Shown here piece after piece: positions 41,679-49,130 of a stretch of DNA of 64,000 bases. Numbering within the stretch: position 1 is the first letter of the stretch; the number at the start of each line of letters is the position of its first letter. Both the position numbers and the translations under genes were made by a program. Source of the stretch: an uncultured Gammaproteobacteria bacterium (GTDB taxonomy: Bacteria; Patescibacteriota; Microgenomatia; UBA8517); the NCBI GenBank assembly GCA_964583685.1, contig CAZOVJ010000001.1, positions 260,033-324,032 on the forward strand, written 5' to 3'. The notes below the pieces were generated by a model that worked only from the letters and a program-made list of their open reading frames with translations, had not been told where the DNA came from and did no database searches.

Positions 41679-41965
41679 TGAAACTTGGCCACAAGTTCTT
41701 CCTGAATTAAATAAATAACTTTTTCTGGCTTGACCATTCCCAGCTCTTCGGCTTTCTTTTTAATTCTGACAAGTGAGGTGTTTGAAATTAAAAGGGAAGT
41801 TAACTCCCTGTTTTCAATCTGAAAAGCCTTTTTTTCTTCTTCATATTTTAAAAGTTCATTTCCTTTTGAAGTTAATTCAATAGTGAAAAGGATTGTCAAA
41901 ATAACCAACAGTCCTAAGAAAATACTAAATAAAACAAATTTGCTTTTAGGTTTTGTCTTTTTCAT
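41675..41965 (-). CDS. ftsL: FtsL-like small bitopic division protein
   Basis: 96 aa, single TM then coiled-coil; sits between rsmH and ftsI. Confidence 0.5.
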   Translation of the reverse strand: MKKTKPKSKFVLFSIFLGLLVILTILFTIELTSKGNELLKYEEEKKAFQIENRELTSLLISNTSLVRIKKKAEELGMVKPEKVIYLIQEELVAKFQ

Positions 41966-42834
41966 TTTTTTTCTAAAATTCGCAATTTGGCACTTCTAGA
42001 CCTTGAATTATTTCTTACTTCGACCGAGCTAGCCCTAATTGGCCTTTTGCTCAAAATATAAGCTAAATTAGCCTTAGCCATTTCCTTAAAAAAAGTCTTC
42101 ACTATCACATCCTCCAAAGAATGGAAACTAATAACCAACAATCTCGCTCCAGGTTTCAAAATTGAGAATGCTTTTGGTAGTCCTTCTCGTAAATTTTCAA
42201 GCTCGGAATTAACCTTGATACGCAAAGCTAAAAAAGCTTTTGTGGCCGGATGAAGTTTTCCTTTCTTCCTTAGAACCCTTGTCACCTTTAAAAAATCTCC
42301 TACTGTTTTAAAGGGAGATTGCCTTCTTTGTTTAATTATGGCCTTCACCAACTTATCACTCTCCACTTTACCCATAACCTTTTCAAATCCCTGTTTTAAT
42401 TGATCCGGCCTTAGAATATTAAGCAAGTCTGCCGCACTTACCCCTTGACTATTTGGACTAAGTTTCATATCCAGAAGAGCTCCCTCTTCCTGGAAAGAAA
42501 AACCCCGATTGGCTGAGTTAAAGTGAGCACTTGAAACTCCTAAATCAAAAATTATTCCATCAGCAGGAGCAAAACCTTCTCTCTTAGCTATCTCATCAAT
42601 TTTCCTAAAATTAGCCTGAACCAATTTAAAAGATTCCTGAGAATAAACCTTCTCCAAGCGCCTTTTAGCCATCGCCAACATCTTTTCATCAATATCAATT
42701 CCCAAAACAATTCCCCCTTTTTCAATAATTTCGGCTGCGTGACCGCCTCCACCGACAGTTGCGTCAATGTACCGAGCCTGATTTTTAAGGTGCAATCCTT
42801 CTATAACCTGGTCAATAAGTACCGGTTCATGCAT
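41962..42834 (-). CDS. rsmH: 16S rRNA (cytosine1402-N4)-methyltransferase
   Basis: 'MHEPVLIDQV' conserved start (track ORF extends 15 codons further upstream to 42879), 'DATVGGGGHA'; 8-nt overlap with mraZ end. Confidence 0.85.
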   Translation of the reverse strand: MHEPVLIDQVIEGLHLKNQARYIDATVGGGGHAAEIIEKGGIVLGIDIDEKMLAMAKRRLEKVYSQESFKLVQANFRKIDEIAKREGFAPADGIIFDLGVSSAHFNSANRGFSFQEEGALLDMKLSPNSQGVSAADLLNILRPDQLKQGFEKVMGKVESDKLVKAIIKQRRQSPFKTVGDFLKVTRVLRKKGKLHPATKAFLALRIKVNSELENLREGLPKAFSILKPGARLLVISFHSLEDVIVKTFFKEMAKANLAYILSKRPIRASSVEVRNNSRSRSAKLRILEKK

Positions 42835-43270
42835 CTTTCTTTGTTTTCTGTGCCAATTTTTCAACCAACTCTCCGGCATGACGAGCGATATAATTTTCTC
42901 TTTTCAGCCATTCTGCCCTGTTCCAAATCTCAACCCTATCGCCCAATCCGATAAAAACAAGGTCACTTTCTAAATGGGCATATCCAGCCAGAGATGCCGG
43001 AATAATTACCCGCCCTTGGTCATCGGGTTCAAGTTCAAAGGCAGAACCCAAAATAAATCTATCCGTATCTCTAACCGGGGCGGTTACCACCTGAGCTTTG
43101 CCTGTTAATTTGTTTAAAAGGGCTTGCCAATTTGTTTTTGAGATAATGATTAAGCACTCTTCATACCATCTGGCAACAATTATTTTCTCGCCCAATTCTC
43201 GTCTAAACTTATTGGGAATAGCTACCCTCCGCTTGCTACTTAGAATTCCAGAATAATGACCAATCAACAT
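42827..43270 (-). CDS. mraZ: transcriptional regulator MraZ
   Basis: Two MraZ half-domains with 'AIPNKFRREL' and 'DxxGRVIIP' motifs; first gene of dcw cluster. Confidence 0.85.
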   Translation of the reverse strand: MLIGHYSGILSSKRRVAIPNKFRRELGEKIIVARWYEECLIIISKTNWQALLNKLTGKAQVVTAPVRDTDRFILGSAFELEPDDQGRVIIPASLAGYAHLESDLVFIGLGDRVEIWNRAEWLKRENYIARHAGELVEKLAQKTKKDA

Positions 43271-43275
43271 ATCCC

Positions 43276-43303
43276 TTCACCACTTTACACCACTAATCAC
43301 CAT
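43276..43303 (-). promoter_or_regulatory. candidate MraZ operator: three direct repeats GTGGTG/ATGGTG (plus-strand CACCAC at 43278, 43288; CACCAT at 43298) with exact 10-bp phasing, 8-33 nt upstream of mraZ ATG
   Basis: Read directly; two more ACCA[C/T] copies at ~43355 and ~43364. Confidence 0.4.
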
Positions 43304-43330
43304 TTTCCATACTTTTCACGCACTTGTCAA
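43302..43330 (-). promoter_or_regulatory. putative mraZ promoter: minus-strand -35 TTGACA (plus 43325-43330), weak -10 GAAAAT ~17 nt downstream
   Basis: Hexamers read directly; -10 is weak. Confidence 0.25.
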
Positions 43331-43368
43331 GCCCCTATAACCACGCTTGCTTTTACCATTTTTACCAC

Positions 43369-43397
43369 TTGACAAGAAATAAAAGACTATATACATT
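43369..43397 (+). promoter_or_regulatory. plus-strand sigma70-like promoter: -35 TTGACA (43369-43374), 17-nt spacer, -10 TACATT (43392-43397); alternatively TATACA with 15-nt spacer
   Basis: Read directly; divergent from mraZ. Confidence 0.3.
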
Positions 43398-43400
43398 AAA

Positions 43401-43436
43401 ATCCCAGAGGCAAAAAATGCATCTGGGATTTTTTTT
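43401..43436 (+). terminator. intrinsic terminator: stem ATCCCAGA/TCTGGGAT (8 bp), 12-nt loop, T7 run
   Basis: Read directly. Confidence 0.55.
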
Positions 43437-43471
43437 AAAACAAAAACTAATAAAAACTTTCTTCAAGTCCA

Positions 43472-43496
43472 AGAGCCCCAGGGCTCTTTTTTTTTG
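43472..43496 (+). terminator. intrinsic terminator: stem AGAGCC/GGCTCT, loop CCAG, T9 run
   Basis: Read directly. Confidence 0.6.
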
Positions 43497-43639
43497 CCCA
43501 AATTTGAACCCAAATATTTATCGAGCCAGGATCGATCGCGGTTCTGGAACCGTTAATTTTTTGGGAATCTAATATACGGAGTCCTTTTGCACTTTAACAA
43601 TTAAATTGAAGGTTGATAAGAAAGCTAACTCTCCTTATT

Positions 43640-43790
43640 AGCGTTGATTTGCAACGCAGTGATTTGGGTTTTAGGTAAGGGTAAACTAAAACCCGACTTG
43701 CTGCGTTGCAGCGCGCGGCAATGGAGGAGGGGAACAAAATGCTGTATACCGTTCGATTCCGCCTGTAAAAACCATAAGGAGAAAACTGAA
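43640..43790 (+). promoter_or_regulatory. structured 5' leader of the BMP transporter gene: hairpin A (GCGTTG 43641-46 / CAACGC 43652-57), hairpin B (GGGTTTTAG 43666-74 / CTAAAACCC 43686-94), and an 11-bp long-range helix (43649-59 with 43701-11) mutually exclusive with hairpin A; RBS AAGGAG at 43776
   Basis: Complementarity read directly; riboswitch class not identifiable by eye. Confidence 0.35.
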
Positions 43791-44915
43791 ATGTTCAATC
43801 GTCTTCTGCTCTTACTACTCACCGTAGCCTTGATGACGACCCTGTCCGCTTCGGCTCAGGAGGAAGAAGCATTCCGAATCGGAGTCGTCAACATCGGTCC
43901 TAACAACGACGGTGGCTGGACTACCGCTCACATGGAGGGGCTTAGAACTGCACTGGCCCGCTTCGGCGCGGTTGAAGGCCTCGTCAACGACAACTGGGAA
44001 CCTGTAGATCTGGTTCCCATTAGCTCTCTTCGCTATAGAGTAAAATCTGGCGAAAGAATTACCATCGAACTCTCAGTAGTAGAAGCAGTGGCGCCGGAAG
44101 CCTTTTGGCGTGTTGCCGAAAGCCTGATCTTGAACTTTGGTGTGAATCTGCTGTTAAGTACAGCAGAAAACTACTGCTCTGACACTTACGGATTAGCGGC
44201 CATTTACCCAAACATCAATTTCGCTACCATCCACTGCGACTATGAAAATCCAGCGCCTAACGTGGCCAGCTACTTCGGAAGAAGTTACCAAGCAGAGTAC
44301 GCAGCCGGCGCAGCACTGGCCATAATGTCCAAGTCCGGCATAGCCTGTTTCGTCGGTGCATTCGAGGAAAACGGCCAGGTAGCAACTAATCTGGCCGGCT
44401 TCGCCAGCGGTTTCCGCGACTTTTTTGACGAAGATGTAGAAATCGCTACCCGATTCACCGGCACATGGTATGGGCCGGACTTGGAGGTCCAAGCAGCACA
44501 ATCGTGCCCCGAAGGGTACGATGTAGCCTGGGCCCACCAAGATAGTCCCTTCGCCGGAACAGTCTTTGCTGAAGACAACGCCTATTTCGTCGGCTATGAC
44601 TCAGACTGGCGTAATGCACTGGGTGAAAACCTTGCTATTACCAGTGTAGTTTACCACTGGGAAAGACTCTATTACCCTTTCATTAAAGGAGCAATAGAAG
44701 AAGACTTCCCGGCTGGTCGTCACTGGCCTGGCATAGGAGAGGAAGTCGTGGGGCTTGCACCCTGGAGTCTTTTAGCAACTGATGAGGCCAAAGAAGTTGC
44801 CAAAAACTTAGTCGAACAGATCGCTGAGGGTGAACGTGTGGTCTTCCCACATCTCAGCGAAATGGAGATTTGGAATCTGAGCGATTGGCAACTGGCTTAC
44901 GCCGGCGACCAGTAA
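43791..44915 (+). CDS. BMP-family (PnrA/Med-like) ABC transporter substrate-binding protein, secreted (signal peptide, no lipobox Cys)
   Basis: RBS AAGGAG then ATG at 43791; signal peptide MFNRLLLLLLTVALMTTLSASA; 'IGVVNIGPNNDGGWTTAHMEG' resembles BMP-family N-terminal motif; ~50% GC; track ORF start 43644 is a spurious 5' extension. Confidence 0.6.
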   Translation: MFNRLLLLLLTVALMTTLSASAQEEEAFRIGVVNIGPNNDGGWTTAHMEGLRTALARFGAVEGLVNDNWEPVDLVPISSLRYRVKSGERITIELSVVEAVAPEAFWRVAESLILNFGVNLLLSTAENYCSDTYGLAAIYPNINFATIHCDYENPAPNVASYFGRSYQAEYAAGAALAIMSKSGIACFVGAFEENGQVATNLAGFASGFRDFFDEDVEIATRFTGTWYGPDLEVQAAQSCPEGYDVAWAHQDSPFAGTVFAEDNAYFVGYDSDWRNALGENLAITSVVYHWERLYYPFIKGAIEEDFPAGRHWPGIGEEVVGLAPWSLLATDEAKEVAKNLVEQIAEGERVVFPHLSEMEIWNLSDWQLAYAGDQ

Positions 44916-44970
44916 AAGCTCTCCCCTCCTCCAAACTTCCATTCTAAAATTACCCACAAGGAAGGACGAA

Positions 44971-46008
44971 ATGCGACAAATGTCAATCTATAAAGGAAAC
45001 CCTACTCAGGTTTTGCTTTCGATTTTCTACTCACTTGCCATTGGAGGGATACTGATAGTCTTGTTAGGATACAATCCCTTCGAAGTATGCGTAGAGGCAA
45101 TCAGGTCGACTCTAGGCAGCATTCACAAGATATCTGAGCTGCTAGTCGTAGCCACCCCACTTATACTAATTTCTGTTGGCTACACTATCTCCTTCCGCAC
45201 TTCATGGAACATTGGTGCAGAAGGCCAGTATGTAGTTGGAGCCATCGCCGCAACATTCGTTAGCCTCCACCTAGTAAAAGACCAACCTACACTAGTGGCA
45301 ATTTCAACAATAGCCCTTGCCAGTATACTAACGGGGGCAAGTTATGTTTCTGTAGCAGCTTGGCTCAAACTACGCTGGAATCTAAATGTAGTCTTTCCAA
45401 CACTGATGCTAAACTTCATTAGTGTCAGAGTTGCCCAGTATCTTTACTCGGGCCCATGGAAAGATCCTTCGGGTGGTTTTCCTAGAACAGAACGATTTCC
45501 GGCAAATACAACACTACCATCTCTCTGGCCGGGAACTAGACTTCACATTGGTTTTGTGATTGCCCTAGTCGTCGCTATAGCTGTTTACGTAATCCTACGG
45601 CGTACCACCTGGGGATACGAGATTGGAGCATGCAGTCTTAATCCTCATGCGGCTCGTTATGGGGGAATAAACGTAAAAAGAGTTACCTTTCTCTCCATGG
45701 CCATAGCTGGCGCCTCAGCAGGTCTAGCAGGTGCCATGCAGGTGAGTGGGATAACTCATCGATTGGTCCCGGGTGTAGCAGCAGGATACGGAAACATCGC
45801 TATCATCATCGCCTGGCTATCCGGGCTACATCCCTTGATTACTATTCCTGTAGCTGTTGCCGTAGCTACCCTAATCCTGGGTGGAGAAAACCTCCAAATT
45901 ACACATGGAATCCCCCACGAATTTGGGGAAATCCTGGGGTATACGATAATGTACGGAGTAGTAATTATTGGCAACGAATTGACTAAAAGGTCACTCAAAA
46001 AGGAGTAA
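44971..46008 (+). CDS. ABC transporter permease (BMP/branched-chain-type permease family)
   Basis: ~9 TM helices; follows SBP gene; GC-richer. Confidence 0.7.
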   Translation: MRQMSIYKGNPTQVLLSIFYSLAIGGILIVLLGYNPFEVCVEAIRSTLGSIHKISELLVVATPLILISVGYTISFRTSWNIGAEGQYVVGAIAATFVSLHLVKDQPTLVAISTIALASILTGASYVSVAAWLKLRWNLNVVFPTLMLNFISVRVAQYLYSGPWKDPSGGFPRTERFPANTTLPSLWPGTRLHIGFVIALVVAIAVYVILRRTTWGYEIGACSLNPHAARYGGINVKRVTFLSMAIAGASAGLAGAMQVSGITHRLVPGVAAGYGNIAIIIAWLSGLHPLITIPVAVAVATLILGGENLQITHGIPHEFGEILGYTIMYGVVIIGNELTKRSLKKE

Positions 46009-46014
46009 AAAGCA

Positions 46015-46851
46015 ATGGATACAATCATCATGACTTTGACCAGCGCTGTCTCGCTGGCCTTAGCCGCCATTGGGGAGGTCATCACTGAAAAGGCTGGGGT
46101 TCTAAACCTCTCAATTGACGGTGTTATGAGTCTGGGCGGGTTAGTTGCCTTCGTTGTCGTTTACCAAACCAACAAATCAATCCTGGGAATTTTGGCTGCT
46201 GGGATACTTGGTGCCTTCTTGGGCTTTTTGCACGCAACTTTCGCTGCGCGAGGCAACAACCAGATTCTCATCGGAGTAGTACCTGCCATCCTATTCGCAA
46301 AACTTGCAAATCTACTAGGACAAAGGTATGTCAATAAAATAACTACACACCTAGAACCAGACATTCTCCTTTGGATGTTGATACCTCTTGCTGTTGGTAC
46401 CTGGTTTTTAATCCAGAAAACACACTTCGGACTAGGAATGCGCGCAGTAGGTGAGTATCCGAATGCAGCTCATGCTAACGGCGTGAAAGTTATCCGTACA
46501 CGGATAATAGCTACTGTTCTGGGCTCAGCTCTGTTTGCTATCGCCGGAGCACATATAGTCCTTGTCCTGGTACGAGGAGTCTGGAGTAATAACATTGTCA
46601 ATAACAGAGGTTGGGTAGCATACGCCATTGCTGTCTTTTCCGGCTGGAATCCAATTCTAGCTTTGGTGGGTGCTATCCTATTTGGAGCGGCAACAATAGG
46701 TCAGTTTCTGGTACAGGGACTGAATTTGGACATACCCCCAAGCCTTCTCAGTGCTACGCCATATGTCCTCGCAGGAATCGCCTATATCAGAAGCTTGAAC
46801 ACTCAACCTGCTGCCCTAGGACAAGAGTGGTCACCCGAGAATATCGCATGA
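46015..46851 (+). CDS. ABC transporter permease, second subunit
   Basis: ~8 TM helices; 6-nt gap after first permease; no ATPase gene follows. Confidence 0.7.
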   Translation: MDTIIMTLTSAVSLALAAIGEVITEKAGVLNLSIDGVMSLGGLVAFVVVYQTNKSILGILAAGILGAFLGFLHATFAARGNNQILIGVVPAILFAKLANLLGQRYVNKITTHLEPDILLWMLIPLAVGTWFLIQKTHFGLGMRAVGEYPNAAHANGVKVIRTRIIATVLGSALFAIAGAHIVLVLVRGVWSNNIVNNRGWVAYAIAVFSGWNPILALVGAILFGAATIGQFLVQGLNLDIPPSLLSATPYVLAGIAYIRSLNTQPAALGQEWSPENIA

Positions 46852-46991
46852 AACTCTTAACCGTCTCACAATCTTCAATGCCTAAGGACTCTGGGGAACG
46901 GAGGAAGTTGCAATGCTTTTGCACAATCTTGTGCCAGCAAAGCTACTTTCTCCCGCCCCATCCGTTAAAAGAATTATTTATTAAAGAAAAT

Positions 46992-48002
46992 ATGCCTTTA
47001 AAAAAAGAAGATATACCTCCATACTTGAAATTTGAGAATGGAAGGGTCGTCATTGATGAAAATTTCATTCATGAAGGCTCTTCAGGTCCATTTACTTTTC
47101 TGTCCGACTATGGAAAAAATCTTGAATATTTAAAAGAATCAACCGAAGTTGACTATCTCCCACAAGGTATTGAAATTCATGCCCGCACAAAAACTAAAGT
47201 TCGCACTGCCTCAGATAATTTAACCCGATTAGCTAATCTTGGGATTGATTTCAATATTCCCGCTTTTGGTGTGCTCTATGCTGCCAATTTCACTTTGGCT
47301 TTTATTCCACCTTTTGAGGCAGCTATTAGCAAAGCGGGTAATAGATGGAGTCTACTTGCACCCCTCAGGGGCGGAGAACCAATTCATATCATTGCAAAAG
47401 CTAAGGGTTACAAGCATAATATTCCCCGTTTTCGGGCTAGTAGGGTAATTTTGCTAAACGGAGAATACCTGGTTGGTATCCAGGAATTAGATTCAGACAT
47501 TAAACTTGAAAATGTTTTACTCCTTTGTGATGATTGCTTAGCGGCAGCCGGCTCAGCCGACACTACTGTAAGATGGGCTTGTCAGATAAACCCAAACATT
47601 AGAGAAATTTACGGTGTGGTCGGTGTGGGAGTCAAGCGCTCAACTGAAACTCTCTCCGTCACTTGGAAGAGAAACAAATTAAATTCAAGCTTTGAGATGG
47701 GAGCTGATGCTAATACAATGGATGATAATTACTATCTAAGGGTAACCGAAGAAGAAAAAGGTAGTCGATTTCCTGAGCACTGTACTTATAGGGTTGGCGA
47801 CATGGGCCAGGCAATGAACTTAACAGATGCTAGAAGAAGAAATGTTTTAGAACCAGTTATTAGGGCTGTTGCTAATCCGGGAATTGATCCTCAATTGATT
47901 TTTGAGGCTACGTCCAGAGTGGTTAAAAATCCTTTGTCTCTTCACCTATGGGCTGATAAAATCTTTACTAAGGCTCAACTTGCTCTTGCTCAGCAGTGCT
48001 GA
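46992..48002 (+). CDS. type I phosphoribosyltransferase-like protein (UPRT-like PRPP motif) with ~130-aa N-terminal extension
   Basis: PRPP-binding motif 'VLLLCDDCLAAAGSADTT' (compare UPRT 'IVDPMLATGGSA'); 'LRGG' and C-terminal 'YRVGDMGQA' regions loosely parallel UPRT; the track ORF start (46611) overlaps the permease in another frame, first in-frame ATG after it is 46992. Confidence 0.4.
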   Translation: MPLKKEDIPPYLKFENGRVVIDENFIHEGSSGPFTFLSDYGKNLEYLKESTEVDYLPQGIEIHARTKTKVRTASDNLTRLANLGIDFNIPAFGVLYAANFTLAFIPPFEAAISKAGNRWSLLAPLRGGEPIHIIAKAKGYKHNIPRFRASRVILLNGEYLVGIQELDSDIKLENVLLLCDDCLAAAGSADTTVRWACQINPNIREIYGVVGVGVKRSTETLSVTWKRNKLNSSFEMGADANTMDDNYYLRVTEEEKGSRFPEHCTYRVGDMGQAMNLTDARRRNVLEPVIRAVANPGIDPQLIFEATSRVVKNPLSLHLWADKIFTKAQLALAQQC

Positions 48003-48087
48003 TAAAAATCCCCACATCTGAAGATTTACCAAGTTTAAGTTCTTCCCATCCACCTCGCGTCCAGCGATAGTAGTTACCTTCACCCAT
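48000..48087. repeat. 88-bp direct repeat, copy 1 (orphaned 3'-end fragment of gene 49857..50600)
   Basis: Identical to 49874..49961 except 48003 T vs 49877 C. Confidence 0.9.
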
Positions 48088-48089
48088 TT

Positions 48090-48284
48090 CTAGTCACTAA
48101 CACTTATGGCTCTGGCCGGACAGCCCTTGGCTGCCTCAAGAATAGTTTTAATGTCATCATAAGGGCCAGGTTTCAGTTTGCTAATTGATTTTTCATCAAG
48201 TTCAAATGTCTTTGGGGCAATGCTTGCACAAAGGCCACAAGAAATGCAGAGAGAGCGGTTTATTTTAATTTTCGGTTTTGCCAT
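48090..48284 (-). CDS. small ferredoxin (single Fe-S cluster, CxxCxxC...CP type)
   Basis: 'CISCGLCASIAP' plus distal 'GCPARAI'. Confidence 0.6.
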   Translation of the reverse strand: MAKPKIKINRSLCISCGLCASIAPKTFELDEKSISKLKPGPYDDIKTILEAAKGCPARAISVSD

Positions 48285-48296
48285 TCTTTAATCATA

Positions 48297-49001
48297 TTAA
48301 AAATATTTTTCAAAGTAAATTTTATTTTCAGGAAAGCCGATCCTCATTAGTCTTTGTTTGAGATCCTCAATCATTTTTTGATTACCACAGAGATAACAAC
48401 TGGTTTTCTTAAAACTTAAATTTTTAGCCAGATTTATTACATAATTATTAACATGTCCCCCCTTGCCTGGCCAGCCGTTTTCTGATTGGGAAAGAATAAT
48501 TTTGTAATGAAAATTGGAATGATCCTTTTGCCAGTTGTCAAGAAGCTCTTGGGAAAAAATGTCTTTTTGGTATCTTAATCCCCAGAAAAGATAAATCTTT
48601 TTTTGGCTCCTTTGAGCGAAAAGCTCCTCAATAATTGGCTTCATGGAGACAATACCACAGCCGGTGGCAGCAAAAATAAAGTTGTTGCTTTTATCGTCTT
48701 TTAAAGTTAGATTTCCTTTGGCACTGCTTGTTTTGATAGTTTCTCCTGGATTTAGTTTTTTCAGAAACCGGCTGCCCGGCCCACCTGGGGTAATGTCCAC
48801 TAGTATTTCCCAAAAAGGCAAATTTTCGGGGATAGAGGCAATAGAATAAGCGCGGTAAACAGATTTTGAAATCTTGACAACTACGAACTGGCCGGCCTTG
48901 AAGGAAAAACTTTTATCCATCATTCTAAAACAAAGACTGCGAAACTTATAATTGAGACTGTTATTTTCGATTACCTCTGATTTGTAAAATTTGGGTTTCA
49001 T
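48297..49001 (-). CDS. FNR-family FAD/NAD(P)-binding oxidoreductase
   Basis: FAD motif 'RAYSIAS' (RxYS), 'GGPGS', NAD-binding 'FAATGCGIVSMKPI'; 12 nt from ferredoxin gene. Confidence 0.6.
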   Translation of the reverse strand: MKPKFYKSEVIENNSLNYKFRSLCFRMMDKSFSFKAGQFVVVKISKSVYRAYSIASIPENLPFWEILVDITPGGPGSRFLKKLNPGETIKTSSAKGNLTLKDDKSNNFIFAATGCGIVSMKPIIEELFAQRSQKKIYLFWGLRYQKDIFSQELLDNWQKDHSNFHYKIILSQSENGWPGKGGHVNNYVINLAKNLSFKKTSCYLCGNQKMIEDLKQRLMRIGFPENKIYFEKYF

Positions 49002-49130
49002 TGGAAGATAGAGTTCTTGATTCAGGGATCAGTCGACAGACTACTGAACCCAGCTCAGATAATAGCAATTTTCATACACTAAATAATAACATGCCCAAAA
49101 GTATTATGAAGTGTTAAACTAAAAGGCGGA

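Noticed and set aside
43324-43572. Plus-strand 82-aa ORF in the mraZ-divergent intergenic region
   Set aside because: It runs straight through two intrinsic terminators and long T-runs and has low-complexity K/F content. Treated as non-coding.
43644-43790. 5' extension of the BMP SBP ORF (track start at 43644)
   Set aside because: An in-frame ATG at 43791 has a good RBS (AAGGAG) and is followed by a canonical signal peptide. The extension (Cys/Arg-rich, no SD) overlaps the structured leader, so it is more likely UTR.
46611-46991. N-terminal third of track ORF 46611..48002
   Set aside because: It overlaps the second permease gene in a different frame. The first in-frame ATG after the permease stop (46992) is taken as the start.
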